NCBI GenBank assembly: GCA_009103225.1
Contig: RHPI01000026.1
Coordinates: forward strand, 79,957 to 143,956
Length of the DNA: 64,000 bases
Source of the DNA: Chlorokybus atmophyticus
Taxonomy: Eukaryota > Plantae > Mesostigma and Chlorokybus algae
Direction: 5' to 3'
Shown: piece after piece, positions 51,950-62,499 of the stretch
Layout of the letters: each line of letters starts with the position of its first letter
Position numbering within the stretch: the first letter of the stretch is position 1
The notes under the pieces: generated by a model
What the model was told of the DNA's origin: nothing
Database searches by the model: none
What the model saw: only the letters and a program-made list of their open reading frames with translations
Position numbers and translations under genes: made by a program

Positions 51950-54117
51950 ATGGCCACGTACACGTTCATTGCCAGCATGGAGCAGGTGGAGCACGACGAC
52001 GACGAGGACGACACCGACGAGGAGGAGGACACCGACGAGGGTGAGGACGAGGAGTGCGACTTGGACCCGCCAGAGTGCCTGGGGGGCAAACCCATGACAA
52101 AGGTCGGTGTGTGCGAGTGTGTGTTGCTCGCTCTCGGTGACCGGGCGATCCTTCTTGTGTACGGATTCTTGCATGCATGCATGCATGCATGCAAGCAAAG
52201 TCTGCTCTGTTGTTCAAGTGTTCAAGTCGTTGACAACGTGTGTGTGCGATACACGCAGGAGGCTGCGGCGTTGATTGAGTCCGCAGAGTCGCACCAGACA
52301 GGGGGGCCCATCGAGAAGGGCGGATTTGCGGCTCGGGCACAGGCACGGATACACCTGATCGTTGCCTGAGTATCATGCTTATATCATACTCATCAGAGGC
52401 TAAGAGTGCACTGCATGCATGCATGCATGCATGTGGTTCTGTGTCATTGACTCTTCTTGTTGTTGCCACTTGTCTCAGACAAGCATGTGATGGTGTGTGT
52501 GTGTGTTCATGTGTGCGCAGTCGGCGGCTGATCGCCACGCGCGCGGCGAGTTCCCCGCTCAGATCCCAAAGTGAGAGACACATCAAACATCCCATGTGAA
52601 AGAAGAGCAATCAGCATGTTGCTGTCGCTGCCATGCCCATGCAGTGCATGAAAGGATAGTGGTGACGGTTTGATAATCTTTCATGACACTGCTTGAGAAT
52701 TTCCTTACAGGTATGCTGTGGAGGACGCCGTGGGGCCGCCGGACTACCTAGGAGGCAGGCCCATGACAAGGGTATGAATGGTTGTGTTTTTATTTCCTTC
52801 AGAAACTATTTCCCTCATTGTGATTAAAGAAAGCTCTGAGAGCTTAGCTCTTGAGGCAGAGTGTGCATGCTGCAGCATGTGTCGTAGTAGTGATTATCTG
52901 GTAACACTGTGTTCAACACACGATGTGCAACCTGTTGATTGATTAGGGTAGCTCAGATACAAACAACAACAACAACAACAACAACAGGTGGCTGCGGAGC
53001 TCCTGGCCCAGGCGGAGGCTGTGCAAACTGGCGGCTACATCGAGGAGGGGGGCTTCGCCGACCAAGCACTCGTAAGTGACAGAGTACAACACACTGCATC
53101 CATGTGCTGCACCCTCGTGTATGTGCCTGTAGACATCAACTTGACAATGTGGTATAGGCTGCGGCAGAGCGCAAGGAGAGGACTCAGCGGGCGCATCAGC
53201 CGCCCGAGCGGGTGGACGTGGTGATACAGACGCCTCCAAAACACCCGAGGCAACCCAAAGAAAAGCAGCAGCAGCAGCAGAACAAACAACACGCCAACAA
53301 ACAGTAAGCAGCACGAGTTTGCGAACTGAGCACCTGTCCCTGTAGAGCTTTTGTTCACTGATGTCAAGTCAATCAAGCACTCTTGGTCATTCACCTTCTC
53401 TCTTAAAGCAGCCGCAAAGTGTCTGAAGTACCCGCTGGAGAGCAGCAGCAGCAGCAAGCAACGGGGGGAGCTGAACCTGAACAGCCCTCTGCTGCTACTG
53501 CTGCTGGTTCTGCAGGTGCAGACACACCTGCCACCCCCACCCCCACCCCCACCCCGACTCCCACAACACCCACTCCCACCCCCACATTGACAGCGTCCTT
53601 CGCCCCCTACGCCTTCCCCGTGACATCTCAGGCAGATCGCGAGGGCCGCAACGTCCCCATACGCACCTCCGGCAAGCAGGAGCAGCAGAAGAACGACAAG
53701 AAAGACGATCAGCAGAGACAGGACACCAGAGAGGGTGGAGTGGAGAAAGCGGGTGAGAACAAGGAGTCCACCAGGACTGAGTTCGCTGCGCCTGCTGGGG
53801 CTGAGGGACAGGAGGAAGGAGGTGCTGCTTGTGGAGGAGAGCAACAGAAGGGAGGAGTGGAGAAGGACAGGGATAAGGGGATGCAGGCGCCGCCGTCGAC
53901 GCTGGCAGACGCGGAGACGGGAGGGAAGGAGGTACCCATGGACATGGACGCGCATGTGAGTGGGGCTCGAAGTGTTGTTGTTGATTATGAGGTTGAGCAG
54001 TTTCCATGCCAGCTTGTCAACTGTGTGATGCAGTGTACTTGTGCAGCTCAGTCGCAACGCTTGCAATGATGTGTTGTCTGTTGCTTGCATCTGTTGCTTC
54101 AGGTCTCTGTGCGGTGA
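51950..54117 (+). CDS. SMP-domain protein with acidic N-terminus, two modules and long hydrophilic tail (gene B)
   Basis: Exons 51950-52102, 52259-52342 (GC donor), 52521-52570, 52711-52771, 52988-53071, 53158 to about 53303, about 53408-53955, 54103-54117. The 3' part is less certain. Confidence 0.7.
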
Positions 54118-55658
54118 TATCAGGCGCTGGCAGTGGGTCTGAACGGTTGACGAGAGAGGGAGGAGGGAGAGGGAGATGATGGAGAGAGAGAGGGGATGGA
54201 GAGAGAGAGAGAAGAAGGAGGACGAGTGTAGGGTGCATGCAGCTGCCGCATACGCAGATGCAGCAGCAGAGTCAACCTACGAGATGGCGCCAGCCAGCAC
54301 ATGTACAGACGGAACCTTTTCCAGTGTTTGTTTGTTTGTTTGTTTGTTTCAGCCTTGCATTAGAGTTGGGTTCGTAGGGGAAGGTGCAAAAGGGTCGAGA
54401 GGTTGTTTAGGTTGCAGTTGAACCAGCAAGCGTACTGCACGGTGATTGGAGATTGGAGACTTGGACAGATGACACTGCAACATTTGTGTTTGACAAGCCA
54501 CCCCCTTCAAGCTGCTTGCTGTGAGATATGTTGGCACAACACCAGCACTGTCGAAGCGCAGTGGCTGCAGACCACTGAGCACCACCCCGAAGGGGCAGGG
54601 CAGAGGGGCAGGGCCTCAGTACAACAACTAGGGTTCCAGCGCCAAAGCACTGCAGGGGGCGGAGGAGAGAGAGAGGGCGGCGGAGGGGGAGTCCTGCTGG
54701 TCAATTACCTGTGGTGCCGAACAAAGACCCGAGCTGACTGTGTGCGACCGTGGGGACGCAGGTGATTTGACAACATGCATGCTTGTATGGCTAACGGGGG
54801 CGGGTAGTAGTGTAGAAGGTGTAGTGGCTAGCCCGGTGGTCAAGTTGAATGAAGGTTAGTTGCGGATGCACTTGCATGCGTTATGCATGACACCCTATGC
54901 ATGCGGACTACCTAGCATACTATCTCTTGTACACTCGGTTTTCCTCTGACATGTGCGCATGCATTTGCAAAAGTACCCCTCGGAGGCATATGGCTGTGCG
55001 AGATGCAAACAGTGCCACACTACAGCAGACGGGTGTTGCTGGAATATCAAGCTGGGTCCTGTGCTCCTGTGCTGCAAGTAGCGTGCTAGTCTCAATGGAA
55101 AAAAAGTGTTTATGTCACAACGCAATGACGGATAAATCAATCTACTTTGCTGTGGACAATTAATGCTCAACACTGCCAATGCACGCTCAACTCCGAGACG
55201 CCTGTGCGCGGGTGGGTGAGCACCTGCCTGATGCAATGCCCTCTCCCTGGTAGCAAATTTCACCCACCCTCAACTTCCCACAGGTTGGGTCTGGCATGCT
55301 GAGCAGTCATGAGACGATTGCTCTGCTAGCCACATGTATTCGCAGTAAATGATAGCTCGGTGGTTGTCTGCTGCTGCCAGCAACAGTGTTGCATGAAGAC
55401 CATGTGCTGACTATTGCATGGCATGACATGTCATTTGGCAGACTAACTATGCAAGGTGGTGTAACAGCTCCGCGCATATTTTGTACGCGTGTCCATGCAT
55501 GCACACATGCGGGACAACACCTCTGCACCATGCGTACCAAGTTAAGTGACTCACAACGCATGTTACGTTGTGTCGCACACATGTCCCACCATGCCACTCA
55601 ACCCACCACTCTTCTAAATCCAACACGTCCACCGCCCAACGCGCGTGCGTCGTCGTCG

Positions 55659-56607
55659 TCACCACCCCGCGGGTGTGGGAGGCATGAACCCCATCGGGAA
55701 CTTGCCGTTGGCGTGGCGGTCCGCCGCAGCCTAAACACAATCACAACTTGAGCACAAGGTGTGTGATGAGGTAGATGTTACTTTTCATCGCGTACCAGTG
55801 CCTGTGCTGCGAAGCCGCCCTTCTCGATGTAACCGCCGGTCTGGTGGGCCTCAGCCGACTCCAACCGCGCAGCGGCCTCCTGTGTGTGGATGAAACTCTC
55901 ACCATTTTGGATCATTTGAGCTATATCTTACGTGTATGTGGCAAAAAGCAATAGATACTGTGCCCCCTCAGTGTCAATCGTGCGCACACATCCTCACGCA
56001 CACGTGCGTGCATGTGCCCACGCGCACACGCACGTGCACGTGTAAAAGCAGACCTCGCGCATATGCACGTGCACACCTTTGTCATCGGCTTCCCTCCGAG
56101 GAACTCCGGCGGCCCCACCTCTTCTCTGCGCCTGGTCAAGCCCACACGCCATGACCACAGCAACAGCGCTGTACGCAAAGCGTGTGATGCCATGTGTGTG
56201 TAACAAACTCTCTCTCTCCCTCTCTCTCTCTCTGACCTGGGTACGTGCGCTGGGAACTCCCCGCGAGCGTGCCGATCCGCCGCAGACTGACCACAGACAG
56301 ACAGCGTGATTGTTGTTGTTGTTGTTATGCTTAGGAGGCTAATGACAATGATGATTTTGGTTGTGGTTGTGGTTGTGGTGTTACCTGCGCCTGTGCAGCG
56401 AAGCCCCCTTTCTCGATGGTGCCTCCGGTCTGGATCTGCTCCGCCTGCTGGATGCGCGTAGCGGCCTCCTGCTTGATACAACTAGTATTGTGCGTGTGTG
56501 GGTGCACGGGCATGCAAGGTCGTCACGGCACACGGTCTGTCTTTGATATCATTGATGATGGTGATAAATGTTGTAAGTGAGCACGCGCGCGCGCATGCAG
56601 AGGGGGG

Positions 56608-56659
<52 letters not shown>

Positions 56660-56936
56660 CACACGCAACACCAACTGTCACTGCTCAAACCCCTCTCCAA
56701 CAAACTCAACCTCATCAAGTGGCGATGAGAGAGGACGTGGTTCTTCAATACCACACATATCACACTCCTTGCCCCTCCCCCCCCTCCCCCTTTGCCAAAC
56801 GCCATCCCTCTCGTACCTTCGTCATGGGCTTCCCGCCGAGGTACTCCGGCGGACCCATCGACCCGGAGCTGCCGGCGGCGTGGCCGCGGGCGCCTCCGGG
56901 GGGAGGGGGGAGGGGCTCCAGGTGCGGCTGGGGCAT
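55659..56936 (-). CDS. SMP-domain protein with two modules (gene A)
   Basis: MPQPH..GPPEYLGGKPMTK (56936-56817)|EAATRIQQAEQIQTGGTIEKGGFAAQAQ|SAADRHARGEFP..|..GPPEFLGGKPMTK|EAAARLESAEAHQTGGYIEKGGFAAQAL|AAADRHANGKFPMGFMPPTPAGW*; all GT-AG and in phase. Confidence 0.8.
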
Positions 56937-57433
56937 GGCGGAGTGCCAGGCGTTGTACAAGGACGAGGAGGAGGAGGAGGAGGAGGAGCACAAGGACAAG
57001 GACCAGGGACCCCCACCAGGAGAAGGACAAGGACGAGGACGCGGATCGAGACCAGCACAAGGACTGGGTCTAGGACAAGAGCGGGGTCAAGGACACGGAG
57101 CCAGTGCTGGCGCTTGCTGCTGACTTCAGCTTCGTGCTTGGTATTATCCACCCATCCATCCATCCATCCACTTCGTTGCTTGCATGATGGTCAGCCTGCC
57201 AGTCTGTTGCACGCGTAGCCTGCATCACCCCAGTCAGCATGTCTGCGATCCCGAGTCAGCACACACACGCCGAGGCGTTAGTCACTGAGAGACTTGTGAG
57301 AGCTGTGACAGCTGTCACGCAGGGGCGGTTCATGTTGGAGAGTGAGAGGCGAGCTTGTGAGGGAGTGCGGGTGTGTGGGTGTGTGGGTGTGTGGGTGTGG
57401 GCGTCCCGGGAGGTGGTGTTGTGGGTCTTGGAG

Positions 57434-58217
57434 ATGGCGTCTCCTGAGTACCGGAGGAGGGCGGATGAGCCCCAGCCGTGGAAGCGCACGCGGGGACATC
57501 AGCCCAAGGCGGTACGAGAGGAGAGACAAAAGTGAGTGTTGTGGTGTGGTCGACTTGCTATAACCACCACCATCACATGCAAGCTCAAACAGGAAGCTTG
57601 ACAACTGCATCAGCGGTTTCCCTTGCATGCTGATGGGCGCACATGCACACGCATGTGTGCACATGGCCATGACTTCTAGCTACTTGTAGCATGTCAAGGA
57701 GCCAAGTTTGCTGAACAGCATGCATGCATGCAAGCTTCAACGAGCTGGCGCGATGCGTCATGTGCTTGCAACTATGTCAGGGTAAAACACTTTGCATGCT
57801 ACAATGACACCTACACAGCCGTGATTCGATGACGCAGTGCCACTTCAGTGAACCTTTTCTGTGCCCATCAGCACGGATGCACCAATTGGAGCCACCAGTT
57901 CGTGTCATGCATATATTTTTACCACCCTGAGATGCGCTATGAGAGTTCTGGACAGAGCAATGCCGCAGACGGACTATAGTCGACAGCATGCAGACACTCT
58001 TAGTGCATGTGCACAATCTCGCAGGGCACGGAAGGAGCACGAGGCGGCAGAGCAGAGGCGCACCAAGGGCGCGCACGCTCGTGAAGTGCAGCACTACTCG
58101 TGGCACTTGGACGGCGCAAGCGGCGGCAACAACAATGAGGAGGACAACAACCACAACGACAACAACCACACCGACACGAGACAGTACGGCGCTTCCGGAT
58201 ACCAAAACCTTCTCTAG
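57434..58217 (+). CDS. Small highly hydrophilic protein (about 96 aa), two exons
   Basis: Exon 57434-57531 ends at a GTGAGT donor in phase 2 and joins exon 58025-58217 in frame: MASPEYRRRADEPQPWKRTRGHQPKAVREERQKARKEHEAAEQRRTKG..NNNEEDNNHNDNNH..YQNLL*. Confidence 0.6.
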
Positions 58218-58255
58218 GCACACCAGAAAGGGGTTTCTACCAGACAGATGAGAGC

Positions 58256-59047
58256 GTGGCCATGGACTCTACCGTTGCCGACGACCGGGTTGGATCTCGA
58301 GGCGATCGTCCGAGCCTCACGCGAGAGATACTGGAGTCTCTGCTTGCTGGCACACTCTGGCCCCCCGTTAAAGGCGACGGCATCCTCGACATGGCCGACA
58401 GTGCCCTCGCCCTAGGACTGATACACCCGGAGCAGTGGGCCGACGTCGCCAGGAGCAACTTTCGAGTGGTGAAGTGTTACCTCTCCACATGCGTCGACGA
58501 GAAACAGCGAGAGACGCTCGAAGCCTCTGTCGTCTCTCAGTGCAAGGCATTTAAACGCGCCAGCTTGCTCCTGAACCTGGCGGTGCAAGATGCTGTTGAC
58601 TCTGGGCCACAGAGGCTTAGATGGTTCGTCGACATGATCAACGACACCAAGCACCCCGGCTCGTCGATCAGGAAGAGCGGCATGGACTCTCAGACGTGGT
58701 TCAACCATCTCACCAGGCGCCCATCGTTGTTCGCTTCTCAAGACCCCGTCATGGTGGAGATCGAGAGGACGTACGCCGACATCCTCCCCCCTAGACCACA
58801 CGACGAGGACGAGTACCTTAAAAACCAGGCGCAGGGGTCGATGTCTCGCACCCTGAGGACCACCTTCCGGACGCACGTGAAACACCATTTCGCGACCCGA
58901 CTGGAGCAGTACGTGGCCAAGGTGATAGAGAACCTCCCCGACGTCGTCATCAGGGTCTGCAAGACGATGACCGACGCTGGAACGTTGCACGTCAGGTTCA
59001 TCGAAGCGGGCGGGCATAGACAGGTGCTGTGGCAGCTGATCGCGTAA
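58256..59047 (+). pseudogene. Truncated Fanzor1/TnpB-like ORF (N-terminal WED/REC-like part only; no RuvC)
   Basis: Intronless 263-aa ORF with FRVVKCYL, VVSQCKAFKRASLLLNLAV, TWFNHL and SRTLRTTFRTHVKHHFATRLEQYV. This resembles the recalled Fanzor1 pattern xxKxxL..V....A.LLxN.....T...NH...NF..RL..Y. No RuvC motifs were seen downstream. Confidence 0.55.
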
Positions 59048-59493
59048 TCTTCGAGTTTACACTGAAGGTCCCTTTCCAGTGGCCAGACCCGCGCAAACCG
59101 CGTGAGCTAGAGCGTCCTTGTCTCCCCCGGGTGCTGTACGCGGAGGACACAGAGCTCGTGCGCCGTGCGATCGTCAAACAACTGAAGCGCGCGCACGAGT
59201 TGCGTGGACAGTGCCGAGGATGGGTCCCACGCCCTCAAGCTGTACATCTATGCAACGCTTACGACATCGTGATCCTGAACATGCACCTGCCGGAGATGTC
59301 GGGGGCAAAAGTGGCCAAGCGCATCCGCGCTTGCTCCCCGGCGGGCTACGCGAGGCTGGCGCTGTGCAGCGGCGATGCCGCTGAGTGTGACCGCCTTGTC
59401 CGCGAAGGGCTGTTCAACGACACGCTGTCCAAACCGTTCACCAACAATGACCTTTCGCGTATCCTACAACATGCCTTGACAGATGAACACTAG
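59029..59493 (+). pseudogene. Decayed CheY-like response-regulator receiver domain
   Basis: RVLYAED (59128), YDIVILNMHLPEMSGAKVAKRIR and LSKPFTNNDL. The expected VDSAEDGSHALKLY segment lies in another frame (59204-59245). The phosphoacceptor position is Asn and there is no ATG start. Confidence 0.8.
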
Positions 59494-59787
59494 CGGGGGG
59501 TGAATGTGTGATCAGAAGCCGTCAGGGCTGATAAGGGCTGATTATAAAAGAGAGTAAAGCTTGTCAGGAATAAACAGGTTGAAAAGACATTCTGCAGAGA
59601 ATATCCAGGGCCTGATGTTTTAACTTCTCTTTTCAATCAATCGAGCTGTGTTGTAACTCTTTGCCATACAGCAGATTCGCTTGCGGCGGACTATGCATGT
59701 CAGAATCAAGCAGGCTAAAAACATCAAAATCTTGAGGACTGATGGAAGATTTTAATTCATTACATTAATGTACAAATTTCCGTACCC

Positions 59788-59954
59788 AAAAGGTGGCTTG
59801 CGGCGGGTTTTCGTTCAAAAAAGGTGGCTGGCGGAGGATTGTTCTAAAACAAGGGGTGGCTTGCGGCGGCGGCGGCCCGGTGCGTTTCCTGGCGCCCGCT
59901 GGAGGCCCTTGCCGGAAGAGGGGTAGGAGGGGAGATACCGGACGTCCGGTATCT
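59788..59954. repeat. Three short direct repeats (ggtggct[t/g]gcgg) and a perfect 22-bp palindrome
   Basis: Repeats at about 59788, 59819 and 59852; AGATACCGGACGTCCGGTATCT at 59933-59954. Confidence 0.85.
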
Positions 59955-61294
59955 TCCCCCCTGCAGGTGACGACTGCCGAGACAGAAGGCTCTTCCCCTG
60001 CAGAGCCTGCGGATGCTCCACCGATGGAAGTGATTGCCATGGCAACCGTTGCAGGAGAGTAGGAGGCTTGCGAGACTGTAGCAGCTAAGCCTCTGGCAAT
60101 GTAGATCGAGACTGAAACTGTACATATCCAAGCCGCTATGTTTGTTGATTGCTCCATTGGTGCATGCCTCTGACACGTAAAAACTCTCAGAACATCAAGT
60201 GACAGCATGCGAAACCATGCAACATGTTGCACACTTGTATCCGATACGCGCCTTTGTTTGCGAAAACACATGCAACACTTTGTAACCTCTCAATTATCAA
60301 GTTAATGTATAGGGGATACAACTGCTAGCTATGTGACAGGCTTGGACAAGGCAGCAAAGCAGATTGCACTATGGCGATTATATTATTATATTATTCAAAT
60401 TACAGCATGCCAATAATTGCAACACTTGTACTACTGTACATTTCTACCACAGGTTACCACTTTTAAGCGCGTTGTGGCAAATGTTATTGCCAAGTCCGAG
60501 TTCAATGCTTAGGGATATAACTGCTGGCCGTGCAGCACAGCAGGAGGCAAGCGCACACAAGGCAACAAGGCAGTTTGCATTACCACTTCAAATGTCGCTG
60601 CAGCCTACAATTGGCATACCGTCTTTCCGCCAACCGTAGCCCAGATATCGCGCGTCACATAGTTTACATCAGGCAAATGTGGTATTGAGCAATCGCAACA
60701 GAATCATCAGATGCGTTACCGACATCTTATGTGGCTCGGACATCAGGTAGTTGGATATATATAATCATATGCTAATGAGTGCGGCGGATTACGCTGCTGT
60801 CAACCTTAACAAATCGGTCCCAGCTGGCACTACAATCTACCCCCGCTAAGAGACTTCGCTCCAAGAGAATAACCCCGCTAACAGTATAGAAAATGAGATA
60901 TTAAACGGAATACAGGCAAATGTTGGTGCTTAAGAGAATGTGCTTAACCACGAAGAACATACTTTTATGTCATGTAATTCTCGCAAGTTTTAATGAGCGA
61001 TATTTCAAGGTCGGGGGAGTAGTGCGTGACGGGTGTGGCATAACGCGTGACGCGCGTGATGAGTATGGCGTGATGGTTAAGGTGTGACGCGAAACATGCG
61101 TGACGAGCGTGATGGCGCGACGGGCGTGGCATAATACGCTTGACGCAATGGGCATGATGAAACCGCGCTTAAAGCATATTTATGCTCTTGACACCCAAGA
61201 GCATAACATGCTCTTGGACGTCAAGCGAATTACCCCGGCAAGAGCATAAATTAGCGAAGGATAAACACTATGCTCTTAAAGGGGGTAGACTGTA

Positions 61295-61718
61295 CAGTCT
61301 AACCTCGATAAGTGCATACCATCGGGAACGGGATTATGTATGCACTTATCGCGTTTATGCATCCTTGTTAAGTGCATAGATTATGCACCCGCTTTAAGTG
61401 CATATATTATGCACTTAGGCTTGGCATAAGTGCATAATCTATGCACTGATTGAGTAAACCTAATCTTGAGTTACGTTGTAACGTGTACGACCGTAACTAT
61501 GATACACTGTGATTATAATTTGTCTGTAACTTAAGCGTAATCAGCTTGATAAGTGTATAGACACACCAAAGGTTAGGCATCTCAAGGTATGCACTTATTG
61601 ATAAATGCATATGCTCTTAACGCACAGGTCTTCCCCCTGAAGACGTCGGTGATGGCCGAATTTATGCACTAAACGCGGATATGCACTAATCGAATATGCA
61701 CTTATCGAGGTTAGACTG
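61295..61718. mobile_element. Non-autonomous Tc1/mariner (pogo/Tigger-like) MITE
   Basis: 24-bp perfect TIR CAGTCTAACCTCGATAAGTGCATA / TATGCACTTATCGAGGTTAGACTG, TA target-site duplication (61293-61294, 61719-61720) and many internal AAGTGCATA/TATGCAC motifs. Confidence 0.88.
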
Positions 61719-61766
61719 TAGTACGTCGAAGCCGGCCGCTCCCACCGTACCGTTACAGGTAACTGA

Positions 61767-62302
61767 CATACCGTCTAGCCAGTCGGCACGTGCACGTCAA
61801 CGCATAAGGCGACTCTGCTGGGCCGCAGGCGTTCCGCGTCTGGTATACTGTGTACTCAGATGCCACGTGCACATATAGGTAAAGGCATCAGGCGCGACCG
61901 TGCTGGGCCGCGAGCATTCCGCTGGTTCCCCGACTAACCAGTCGGCACGTGCACAAGTACGCAGAGGCATCAGGCGCATCAGAGCTGGGCCACGTCTATC
62001 ATTAGCTGGTCGGCACGTGGACTAGTACGCAGGGGCTTTGCGCGTCAGCCGCCGCCAACGGCCCAAAATTTGAACCGCCCGCCCGAAGCCCAAAACTCGG
62101 AAAACCCGGCATTCCAAATCCCCATTTACGGAAATGGGTTGGGTTTTAGATTTTCTGGCGTGTGTAGCGCGATCGATACCCGTACGCACCGCCCGGCTTC
62201 CGACGCTGGTCGAAAGCGGAATGTCACCACGGTAGCACTACTCGGTTTTGAGTTAGAGCCGGGTGGCGTCTGGCATACCGTCTAGCCAGTCGGCACGTGC
62301 AC
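61767..62302. repeat. 29-bp direct repeat and G-box-containing motif cluster
   Basis: CATACCGTCTAGCCAGTCGGCACGTGCAC at 61767-61795 and 62274-62302, with partial copies near 61938 and 62009. Confidence 0.85.
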
Positions 62303-62499
62303 TAATAGGCGTGGCATTGCGTCTGTGGCAGGCCGCGACTGGCTGCGCCATATGTAACCTTCCATTATATTCCTGCTCTGCTTGCAGTCTACGGCTCCTC
62401 CGCGCGGCATTGCTGCTACGCCATTTGTCTTGCAGCGGTCATGGCCAACCCACCGACAATGGCGCAGCAACATAGCGGGTGAGCCTCCCCTCCACCCCT

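Noticed and set aside
59494-61290. Missing RuvC half or omegaRNA of the Fanzor-like ORF
   Set aside because: No RuvC-I/II/III or zinc-finger motifs were recognised in the listed ORFs, and no RNA structure could be supported by eye.
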